64,000 bases of DNA from Phycisphaerae bacterium. Lineage in GTDB: Bacteria; Planctomycetota; Phycisphaerae; UBA1845. Below, in pieces: positions 9,439 through 17,593 of the stretch (positions are counted from its first letter, which is position 1; every line of letters starts with the position of its first letter). Location of the stretch: assembly GCA_013360585.1 (NCBI GenBank), contig JABWBH010000010.1:34629-98628 (forward strand), given 5' to 3'. The translations under genes were made by a program, and so were the position numbers. The notes under the pieces were generated by a model. That model had not been told where the DNA came from, made no database searches, and saw only the letters and a program-made list of their open reading frames with translations.

Positions 9439-9477
9439 CCGGATCAGGGGCCGCCGTCACAGACGACGGAGCCTTGA

Positions 9478-10353
9478 ATGACGGTTCGGAAAGATGACCA
9501 GCAGATCCGTCTGGCGCTGCCGAAGGGGCGGATGTCGGAGGGCGTCATTTCTCTTCTCGACGATGCGGGGATTCGGCTTCGTGCCGGGGCCCGCGCCTAC
9601 CGACCGGAGATTTCGCTGCCGGGGCTTGCGGCGAAAACCCTCAAGCCGCAGGCGATCGTGAAGATGCTCCAGGTGGGCAGCCGCGACCTGGGGTTCACGG
9701 GCGCAGACTGGGTGGCGGAGTTCGGGGGGGGAGTCGTCGAGCTGCTTGACACCGGTCTGGATCCGGTGCGGGTGGTCGCGGCGGCGCCGGTCGAGAATCT
9801 CGTGGAGGGTCTCCTCGCCGACGAGCCCCTGATTGTCGCGTCCGAGTTCGAGCGGATCACAAATGACTGGATCCGTCGTCGCGGGCTGCGGGCGACGTTT
9901 CTGCGCTCGTTCGGCGCGACGGAAGTGTATCCGCCGGAGGACGCGGATTGCATCGTGGACGTCGTAGCGACGGGCGCGACCTTGAAGGCGAACCACCTCA
10001 ACGTCGTCGAGGAGCTGATGACGTCGTCGACGCGGTTGTACGCGAGCCCGGCGGCGCTGAACGACGCGGCGATGCGCCGACGGATCGACGGGTTTGTCAT
10101 GCTTCTGGAGTCGGTGCTGGAAGCGCGGCGGCGGGTGATGGTGGAAGTGAACGTCAGCGCCGACGCGATGGAGCGAGTCGTCGCGAAGCTGCCCTGCATG
10201 CGCGAACCGACGATCGCGCCGCTGCACGGTCATCACGGTTATGCGGTGAAGGTCGCGGTCCGGCGTGAGGAGCTTCCCGACCTGATTCCGAGGATCAAGG
10301 CGCTGGGCGGAACCGACATCGTGGTCAGCGAGCTTTCGCAGATCGTGCCATGA
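9478..10353 (+). CDS. hisG: ATP phosphoribosyltransferase, long form
   Basis: 291 aa. Shows IRLALPKGRMSE...DLGFTGADWV and a C-terminal regulatory domain. Confidence 0.92.
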   Translation: MTVRKDDQQIRLALPKGRMSEGVISLLDDAGIRLRAGARAYRPEISLPGLAAKTLKPQAIVKMLQVGSRDLGFTGADWVAEFGGGVVELLDTGLDPVRVVAAAPVENLVEGLLADEPLIVASEFERITNDWIRRRGLRATFLRSFGATEVYPPEDADCIVDVVATGATLKANHLNVVEELMTSSTRLYASPAALNDAAMRRRIDGFVMLLESVLEARRRVMVEVNVSADAMERVVAKLPCMREPTIAPLHGHHGYAVKVAVRREELPDLIPRIKALGGTDIVVSELSQIVP

Positions 10354-11450
10354 AAACTGAGGCGCCTTCGGGGCGCGATGATATTCCGGTGATTCTCCGA
10401 CCCGCGGACCGCCTCCGCGGTCTGACGCCGTATGCCGCGGTCGCACCGTCCGAGTCGATCGATCTTCGGCTCAGCGGCAACGAGGGCGCCGCGCCTCCGG
10501 CGGAGCTGCTGGCGGAAATTCACGGCGCCGACGAATTGATGCGCCGGTATCCGAACGTGGACGCGTTGGAGCGGGAGGTCGCCGAACGTCACGGGGTTTC
10601 GCCCGGCAGGGTGCTGGTTACGGCCGGCGCGGATGACGCCCTGCAGCGCGCCTGTCTTGCGACGTTGGATCGCAGCCGGGAGCTCATTCTTCCCGTCCCG
10701 ACGTTCGAGATGCTGGAGCGGTATGCAACCCTCGCCGGAGGACGGATTATTGAGGTTGCGTGGTCGACGGGCGCGTATCCGACCGTCGCCGTGATGCGAG
10801 AAATTCGACCGACCACCGCGGTGATGGCGGTCGTCACGCCGAACAACCCCACCGGGGCGGTTGCCAACGCGGAGGATTTGCGCCGGTTGAGCCTCGCCGC
10901 GCCGGGCGCGCTGCTGCTGGTGGACCTGGCGTACACCGAATTCGCGGATGTGGATTTGACGCCGACGGCGCTGTCCCTGCCGAACGCCCTGGTCATACGA
11001 ACACTTTCAAAGGCGTGGGGACTGGCGGGGCTGCGCGTCGGATACGCGATCGGCGCGCCGCAGGTGATCCGCTGGCTGCGTTGTGCCGGAAATCCGTATC
11101 CGGTCTCGGGGCTGTCGGCGCAGTTGGCGGCCACGTGGTTGAAGGTGGGGAGCGCGGATCGGCGAGCGTGGATCGACCGTGTGCGGAGGGAGCGTTCGGC
11201 GCTGGCGGGACTCCTGCGCGAACTCGGCGCGAATCCGCTACCCTCCGAAGCGAATTTTGTTCTGGCTGAATTCCAGGATGCGGCACGCGTCGGCGCCGGG
11301 CTGGCGCGACGCGGCGTCGGCGTGCGAGCGTTCCCGGCGCATCCTCTGCTGACGAACCACCTTCGGATCACTTGCCCCGGGGAGCCCTCCGCCTTCGCGC
11401 GATTGACCGACGCGCTTCGACAAATCATGACCGATCAGGGGGAGAGTTGA
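10350..11450 (+). CDS. hisC: histidinol-phosphate aminotransferase
   Basis: Class II aminotransferase with VTPNNPTG and the PLP lysine context RTLSKAWGLAGLRVGY. Its start overlaps the hisG stop as ATGA. Confidence 0.92.
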   Translation: MKTEAPSGRDDIPVILRPADRLRGLTPYAAVAPSESIDLRLSGNEGAAPPAELLAEIHGADELMRRYPNVDALEREVAERHGVSPGRVLVTAGADDALQRACLATLDRSRELILPVPTFEMLERYATLAGGRIIEVAWSTGAYPTVAVMREIRPTTAVMAVVTPNNPTGAVANAEDLRRLSLAAPGALLLVDLAYTEFADVDLTPTALSLPNALVIRTLSKAWGLAGLRVGYAIGAPQVIRWLRCAGNPYPVSGLSAQLAATWLKVGSADRRAWIDRVRRERSALAGLLRELGANPLPSEANFVLAEFQDAARVGAGLARRGVGVRAFPAHPLLTNHLRITCPGEPSAFARLTDALRQIMTDQGES

Positions 11451-11452
11451 AA

Positions 11453-12046
11453 ATGAGTATGACGGTGCGGCGAGGCGAGTTCACACGAAGGACGCGGGAA
11501 ACGGACATTTCGGCGACGCTCATTCTCGACGGCGCCGTGGAGACGGACGTCCGCACGGGCCTTGAGTTCCTCGATCACTTGCTTACGGCGCTTGCCCGGC
11601 ATGCGCGCTTCGGGCTGAAGCTGTCATGCACGGGCGACCTGGGGGTGGACGATCATCACACCGCGGAGGATTGCGCCCTGGCGGTCGGAGCGGCACTCGA
11701 CCGGGCGCTGGGGGAGCGCCGCGGAATCGCGCGCTTCGGCTCCGCGTACGTCCCGCTGGATGAGGCGCTGGCGCGAGCGGTGGTGGATCTTTCCGGGCGG
11801 CCCTTTGCGCGGGTCCGGCTGGGGCTGCGCCGCGACCGTCTCGGAATGATGTCGTGCGAAAACGTCGGACACGTCTTGTCGTCGATGGCGACAGCGGCAC
11901 GGATGACGCTGCATGTGAAAGTGTTGGAAGGAGAGAACGATCATCACCGGGCGGAGGCGGCGTTCAAGGCGGTTGCTCTGGCTTTGCGCGAAGCGGTTCG
12001 TCGGGACGGCTCGGACGAAGTACCGAGCACGAAGGGGGTGCTCTGA
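11453..12046 (+). CDS. hisB: imidazoleglycerol-phosphate dehydratase (monofunctional, no phosphatase domain)
   Basis: The ATG at 11453 follows a GGGGGAGAG RBS. Shows RRTRETDI...DDHHTAEDCALA...GENDHHRAEAAFKA. Confidence 0.92.
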   Translation: MSMTVRRGEFTRRTRETDISATLILDGAVETDVRTGLEFLDHLLTALARHARFGLKLSCTGDLGVDDHHTAEDCALAVGAALDRALGERRGIARFGSAYVPLDEALARAVVDLSGRPFARVRLGLRRDRLGMMSCENVGHVLSSMATAARMTLHVKVLEGENDHHRAEAAFKAVALALREAVRRDGSDEVPSTKGVL

Positions 12047-12669
12047 TGCGATTTGTTCCGGTGACCGTGGTGCATACCGGCGTGGCGAACCTCGCGTCGG
12101 TGCAGGCGGGGCTGCGTCGCGCCGGAGCAGAACCGGTCGTGGCCGAGGATCCTCGCGCGGCTGAGGACGCGGAGCGCCTTGTGCTTCCGGGCGTCGGGGC
12201 GTTTGCGCCGGGGATGGCGAGACTGGCGGTGTGTGGCTGGGTCGAACCGCTGCGGAAGCGGATCGAGGCGGGCCGAGCGACGCTGGCGATCTGTCTCGGG
12301 ATGCAGTTTCTAGGCGGCAGCAGCGAAGAGAGCCGCGGAATCCCGGGACTGAGCGTATTCGCCGAAGGAGCAAAACGTTTCCCGGGGCATGTCCGCGTGC
12401 CGCAGATCGGCTGGAACGCCGTGACCTGCGGCGAGGGGCTCCGCTATCTGTGCGAGGGATATGCGTATTACGCCAACTCATATCGGTTGGACGCCGCTCC
12501 GCAGGGCTGGTGCGCGGCGTGGTCAGATCACGGAGGTCGCTTTGTCGCAGCGCTGGAGCGTGGAAGCGTGCTCGCCTGTCAGTTTCATCCGGAATTATCC
12601 GGGCCGTGGGGCATCGGACTCCTGCGGCGGTGGCTGGGAGCCGGGGGTTCGGAGACGGGATCGTGTTGA
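12046..12669 (+). CDS. hisH: imidazole glycerol phosphate synthase, glutamine amidotransferase subunit
   Basis: The ATG overlaps the hisB stop (TGATG). Shows LPGVGAF...AICLGMQ...ACQFHPE, a triad GATase. Confidence 0.9.
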   Translation: MRFVPVTVVHTGVANLASVQAGLRRAGAEPVVAEDPRAAEDAERLVLPGVGAFAPGMARLAVCGWVEPLRKRIEAGRATLAICLGMQFLGGSSEESRGIPGLSVFAEGAKRFPGHVRVPQIGWNAVTCGEGLRYLCEGYAYYANSYRLDAAPQGWCAAWSDHGGRFVAALERGSVLACQFHPELSGPWGIGLLRRWLGAGGSETGSC

Positions 12670-13418
12670 CGCGACGAGTTATTCCCTGTCTTGACTGTCG
12701 TGACGGCCGCGTGGTCAAAGGGGTGCGCTTCGCCGACCTGCGCGACGTGGGGTCGCCGAGCGAATTGGCGACCGCTTATCAATCCCAAGGCGCCGACGAG
12801 ATCGTCCTGCTGGATGTGGCCGCGACCGTCGAGGCGCGAGCACACCAGGCGGACACGGTGCGCGCGGTTCGGGAAGGGTTGTCGATCCCTCTGACGGTGG
12901 GGGGCGGTGTACGAAGTCTGAAGGACGCGGCGCGGCTTCTCGAAGCCGGAGCGGACAAAGTTGCGGTGAATTCAGCGGCGGCAGCGCAGCCGGAGATCAT
13001 TGACGCGCTCTCGGCGGAGTTCGGTGCGCAATGCACGGTGCTGTCCGTGGATGCCGCGGACGACGGGAGGGGCGGGTGGCGCGTCGTCGTCCGGTCCGGA
13101 AAGGAACCGACGGCGCGCGAGGCGATCGCGTGGGTCCGGGAAGGGGTTGAGCGCGGCGCGGGGGAAATCCTGCTGACAAGCCTGGACCGCGACGGAACCC
13201 GCGCCGGCTACGACCTGATGCTTGTGCGCCAAGCGGCACGAGTCGTGAACGTTCCCGTCATTGCCTCCGGGGGAGCGGCGTCGGCGATCCACTTCTTCGA
13301 GGCGCTCGAGGCCGGAGCGGATGCGGTGCTGGCAGCAGGTCTTTTTCATGAAGGAGCGACGACCGTCGGGGACGTGAAGGGATATTTGTCATCGCGAGGG
13401 ATCGAGGTGCGGCGATGA
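12663..13418 (+). CDS. hisF: imidazole glycerol phosphate synthase, cyclase subunit
   Basis: GTG start at 12663. The N-terminus LTRRVIPCLDCRDGRVVKGVRF is typical of HisF, as are VIASGGA...LAAGLFH. Confidence 0.9.
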   Translation: MLTRRVIPCLDCRDGRVVKGVRFADLRDVGSPSELATAYQSQGADEIVLLDVAATVEARAHQADTVRAVREGLSIPLTVGGGVRSLKDAARLLEAGADKVAVNSAAAAQPEIIDALSAEFGAQCTVLSVDAADDGRGGWRVVVRSGKEPTAREAIAWVREGVERGAGEILLTSLDRDGTRAGYDLMLVRQAARVVNVPVIASGGAASAIHFFEALEAGADAVLAAGLFHEGATTVGDVKGYLSSRGIEVRR

Positions 13419-14686
13419 TTCTTCCCTCGATCGACCTGATGAACGGGCGAGCGGTGCAGCTTGTCGGCGGCGAGGCGCTGGAACTGGACGCGGGCGATCC
13501 CTGTCCGATCGCGGAGCGCTTCAGCGTTGTGGGGGAAGTGGCGGTCGTGGATCTCGATGCCGCGCTGGGGAGCGGATCCAACGCGGACGTGATCCAGGAG
13601 TTGCTGCGGATCGCGCCGTGTCGCGTGGGCGGCGGGATTCGCAGCGTGGACGACGCAGTACGCTGGCTGGACGCAGGTGCGGAGAAGGTGGTGATCGGGA
13701 CCGCCGCGGCGCCGGAGATTCTTTCACGGCTCCCGCGGGAAAGAGTGGTGGCGGCGCTGGACGCCGTGGAGGGAGAGGTCGTCACGCACGGGTGGCGAAC
13801 ACGCACGGGAACCACCGTGGCGGAACGGATGAAGGAGCTTGACGGTCTCGTCGGCGGATTCCTGGTGACGTTTGTCGAGCGAGAGGGGCGGCTTGGCGGA
13901 ACGAAGCTCGAAGCCGTCGAGAGGCTGGTCAGCGTCGCGGGCGGGGCGCGGCTGACGATCGCCGGCGGAGTCACGACACCGGAGGAAATCGCGGCGCTGG
14001 ACCGACTTGGCGCGGACGCCCAGGTGGGGATGGCGCTGTACAAGGGGCGAATGTCGCTGGCGGAGGCCTTCGCGGCGCCGCTGGTCAGCGACCGGCCGGA
14101 CGGATTGTGGCCCACCGTCGTCGCGGACGAGCACGGCGTCGCGCTGGGGATTGCATATTCGAGCCGGGAAAGCCTTCATCAGGCGTTGGAGTCTCGGCGC
14201 GGGGTTTATCACTCACGACGTCGCGGAGTCTGGATAAAGGGGGAGACTTCGGACGCGGCGCAGGAGCTGCTTCGCGTGGATGCCGACTGTGATCGTGATG
14301 CGCTGCGTTTTACGGTCCGACAGCAGGCGCCGGGCTTCTGTCACCGAAGGACGCGCACGTGCTGGGGAGACGATCCCGGGCTTGCGGGGATCGAGCGCAG
14401 AGTGCGCGGGCGTGCGGACGTCGCCCCCCCGGGATCCTACACGCGCCGGCTGCTGGAGGATCCGGCACTCCTGAAAGCAAAGCTCGTCGAAGAGGCTGCC
14501 GAACTCGCGGACGCCGCTGATCCGCGGAACGTGGTGCATGAGGCAGCTGACTTACTGTACTTCTCGCTGGCGCGACTGGCGCAAGCGCGCATCTCGCTTG
14601 CGGACGTTGAGCGAGAACTTGTTCGAAGGGCAATGAAGGTCTCACGCCGGTCGGGCGACGCGAAGTCTGCAAAGGAGGTGACGTGA
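13415..14686 (+). CDS. trifunctional fusion: ProFAR isomerase (HisA) + PR-AMP cyclohydrolase (HisI) + PR-ATP pyrophosphatase (HisE)
   Basis: Residues 1-220 (MILPSIDLMNGRAVQL...VGGGIRS...IAGGV) match HisA. Residues ~225-320 (LWPTVVADE...IKGETS...DCDRDAL...FCHRRTRTCW) match HisI. Residues ~335-410 (SYTRRLL...EAAEL...EAADLLYF) match HisE. Confidence 0.88.
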   Translation: MILPSIDLMNGRAVQLVGGEALELDAGDPCPIAERFSVVGEVAVVDLDAALGSGSNADVIQELLRIAPCRVGGGIRSVDDAVRWLDAGAEKVVIGTAAAPEILSRLPRERVVAALDAVEGEVVTHGWRTRTGTTVAERMKELDGLVGGFLVTFVEREGRLGGTKLEAVERLVSVAGGARLTIAGGVTTPEEIAALDRLGADAQVGMALYKGRMSLAEAFAAPLVSDRPDGLWPTVVADEHGVALGIAYSSRESLHQALESRRGVYHSRRRGVWIKGETSDAAQELLRVDADCDRDALRFTVRQQAPGFCHRRTRTCWGDDPGLAGIERRVRGRADVAPPGSYTRRLLEDPALLKAKLVEEAAELADAADPRNVVHEAADLLYFSLARLAQARISLADVERELVRRAMKVSRRSGDAKSAKEVT

Positions 14687-16020
14687 ATCCGCCCTGGCTC
14701 TGTCGCATGAGTCCTGAAGCTCTCGCGCCGCGACGCCGTCGCGCAGTGGACGCGCACACCCTGGAGAGCGCCTCAAGTATCGTCGAGGATATGCGACAGC
14801 GGGGGGATATCGCCCTGCGGGAATACGCCAGCCGGCTGGACGGCCTGCCCCCGGATGAGCCGCTGGCGATCGACCGGACTTCCTTGGAAGCCTCGCGCGA
14901 CGCCCTTACGCCGCCTGTTCGAGCGCTTCTGGAGCGGGTCGCGGATCGCATCCGGGCGTTCGCGGTCGCGCAGCGGGCCGCGCTCAGCGATCTCTCGTTT
15001 CCGGTGGCCGGTGGTCACGCCGGGCACACGGTGCTGCCGGTCGCGATCGCCGGCTGCTACGCGCCCGGCGGACGATATCCGCTTGTTTCCAGCACTCTGA
15101 TGACGGTGGTCACAGCGCGAGCGGCGGGCGTGGGGCAGGTCTGGGCGTGCTCGCCGCGGCCGACGCCGGTGATGCGAGCCGCCGCCGCGATCGCCGGGGC
15201 CGACGGGATGCTCTGCGTGGGCGGTGCTCACGCGATCGCAGCGCTGGCTTACGGGGCGGCGACGGTTCCGGCATGCGACGTCGTTGTGGGTCCGGGCAAC
15301 CGCTGGGTCACCGCGGCGAAGCACCTCGTTTCCGCAGACGTGGGCATTGACCTGCTGGCGGGCCCTTCGGAGCTGCTGATCCTTGCCGATGATTCCGCCG
15401 ATCCGCATCGCATTGCGGCGGATCTTCTCGCGCAGGCGGAGCACGATCCGGACGCGGTTCCGATGCTGGTGACGACGCAGGAGTCCCTGATCGACGAAGT
15501 CGAGCGCGTATTGTCGTTGCAACTGGCGGAGCTGCCTTCTCGCGACACGGCGGCCAGCGCGCTGCGTAACGGATTTGCGGTTGTGGTCGGCGGGACGGAC
15601 GAGGGGATCAATGTATGCAATCGTGTCGCTGCCGAGCACGTCGAGCTGCACGTTCGTGATCCCCGGGAAGTTGCGGCGCGGATCCGGTGCGCCGGAGCGG
15701 TTTTTCTCGGGGAAGACTCTGCGGAAGTGCTCGGCGACTACGGCGCCGGCCCGAATCATACCCTGCCGACGGGCGGGACGGCGCGGTATGCCTCGGGATT
15801 GTCTGTGTTCACGTTTCTGCGATGTCAGACCTGGTTGCGGCTGAACCGCGCGGACGTCACGTCCCCGCCGGGATTCGGCGCGGCGGGACAAATCGTGGAC
15901 GGCACGGCGGAACGCATGATCGACGACGCGGCGGCGCTGGCGCGGCTGGAAGGCCTGGAGGGACACGCCCGCAGCGCGGAGCTTCGTCGCATCCCGGCGT
16001 CGAGGCTTCGCCGATCGTAG
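14683..16020 (+). CDS. hisD: histidinol dehydrogenase
   Basis: GTG start after an AAGGAGG RBS, overlapping the upstream stop as GTGA. Shows ...AGPSE...AQAEHD...GDY.AGPNHTLPT. Confidence 0.92.
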   Translation: MNPPWLCRMSPEALAPRRRRAVDAHTLESASSIVEDMRQRGDIALREYASRLDGLPPDEPLAIDRTSLEASRDALTPPVRALLERVADRIRAFAVAQRAALSDLSFPVAGGHAGHTVLPVAIAGCYAPGGRYPLVSSTLMTVVTARAAGVGQVWACSPRPTPVMRAAAAIAGADGMLCVGGAHAIAALAYGAATVPACDVVVGPGNRWVTAAKHLVSADVGIDLLAGPSELLILADDSADPHRIAADLLAQAEHDPDAVPMLVTTQESLIDEVERVLSLQLAELPSRDTAASALRNGFAVVVGGTDEGINVCNRVAAEHVELHVRDPREVAARIRCAGAVFLGEDSAEVLGDYGAGPNHTLPTGGTARYASGLSVFTFLRCQTWLRLNRADVTSPPGFGAAGQIVDGTAERMIDDAAALARLEGLEGHARSAELRRIPASRLRRS

Positions 16021-16199
16021 ACCGACCAAACGCGCCGTTGGAATCAAGGAGGAAAGATCGGGACTCAAGAACCCAAGCTGATTGTTTGCATTGAGTTCGA
16101 TCGCGCTATCGGAACCGGAGCGGAGCGTCCTCATTCTCCGAACGCCTTGGCGCCCGTGCGATCCGCCGCCGCAGGCGATCCCTCGGCAGACAGACGGAT

Positions 16200-16754
16200 T
16201 CACCCGCGAAGCAGTGACATGACTTCCGCGCGCGTGCGCGGGTCCGATCGGCACAGTCCCAGCACCGCCGAGGTGATCATCACGCTGCCCGGCTTACGCA
16301 CCCCGCGGCAGGTCATGCAGGTATGCACCGCGGAAATCACGACGGCCACGCCCTTCGCCTCAAGCCGCTCCATCAGAAGCCCGGCGATCTGCGTGGTGAG
16401 GCGTTCCTGCACCTGCGGTCGGCGGGCGAACGCCTCGACGACCCGGGCGAGCTTTGAGATGCCCGCGACCTTGCCGTCGGGAAGATACGCGACGTGAGCC
16501 TTCCCCTCGAAGGGCATGAGATGATGTTCGCAGATCGAGTTGAAGGAGATGTCGCGCAGCACGACCAACTCGTCATAACGCTCCGTGAAGGAAGTGGTCA
16601 GGAGGTCTGCGGGGTTTTCGTTCAGACCGCTGAAAAGCTCCTCGTACATGCGGGCGACGCGCTGCGGCGTGTCGCGCAGCCCCTCGCGGTCCGGATTCTC
16701 CCCGACGGAGATCAGGATTTCCCGAACCGCACGTGCAATGCGCTCCCGATCCAT
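16200..16754 (-). CDS. folE: GTP cyclohydrolase I
   Basis: The ATG at 16754 gives [14 protein letters not shown]...[12 protein letters not shown]...CEHHLMPF...[12 protein letters not shown]. Confidence 0.9.
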   Translation of the reverse strand: MDRERIARAVREILISVGENPDREGLRDTPQRVARMYEELFSGLNENPADLLTTSFTERYDELVVLRDISFNSICEHHLMPFEGKAHVAYLPDGKVAGISKLARVVEAFARRPQVQERLTTQIAGLLMERLEAKGVAVVISAVHTCMTCRGVRKPGSVMITSAVLGLCRSDPRTRAEVMSLLRG

Positions 16755-16968
16755 GTCCGGCAGGATACGCCGGGACGGGACGGGGGAAAAGGGCGTCCGC
16801 GAGGAGGAGAACCGGGATTCAAGACGTCGTCGCAAGACCCGGCCGCACCGACGAGACCGCCCGATGAGAAAGGCAGCGGAGAGATTCAAGGTTCAGGAGT
16901 CAAGATCCTTGAATCCTTACCCCCTTCAAGGGCGGAACACCGACACGTTACGCCGTCGACGCGCGCCG

Positions 16969-17523
16969 TTACGCGAGGGTCTCGGCGCGATCTTCGAGGC
17001 GGAGCACGCGCTGGACGAGGCGGCGATGCGCGCCGACCAGATCGCGGCAGACGAGTTCAACTTTTTCGTTGAGCTGACGGCGCTCGCGGACGAACCGGCG
17101 AGTCAGCTCGCGAAGCTGGCGATGCCGCCGCGCATGCTCGCGCTGAAGGCGATGTGCTTCCAGGGCGCGACGCGCGGTCTCCACCAGCCCGGCGATCGGA
17201 AACGGCTTGAGCAATACTTCGCGCACGCCCGCGCGCAGGAGGCGCAGGGTCTCCTCGACGTTGAGGTCGCGAGCGGTGACGATGACCGGCCGGCGGCTGA
17301 TCGACGCCAGGTGTTCCGCCAGTTCCGCGCCCTCAAGGTCCGGCGGGTCCATCGTGGCGACGACGAGGTCGTGCGGCTCGAGCAGTTCCACGTCGAGCGC
17401 TTCGGCGCCGTGCGACAGGCAGGTGATCTGCGCGGCGAATTCCCGCGTCAGCGCCTCGATCATCATCTCGACGACGCGCGCCTCGGGCTCGATCAGAAGA
17501 ATCTTGTGCAACGGTTCATGCAT
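16969..17523 (-). CDS. response-regulator receiver protein with C-terminal coiled coil
   Basis: REC-like fold (KILLIEPE...VVATMDPPDLEG...KPF), followed by an Arg/Glu-rich helix. Confidence 0.7.
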   Translation of the reverse strand: MHEPLHKILLIEPEARVVEMMIEALTREFAAQITCLSHGAEALDVELLEPHDLVVATMDPPDLEGAELAEHLASISRRPVIVTARDLNVEETLRLLRAGVREVLLKPFPIAGLVETARRALEAHRLQREHARRHRQLRELTRRFVRERRQLNEKVELVCRDLVGAHRRLVQRVLRLEDRAETLA

Positions 17524-17593
17524 AAAATGAGCGTCCGTCGGAGGACCGGGCGTCGTCCTGCGCCGCGCCTCAGGGGTGACGCCGCGTCAGCCG

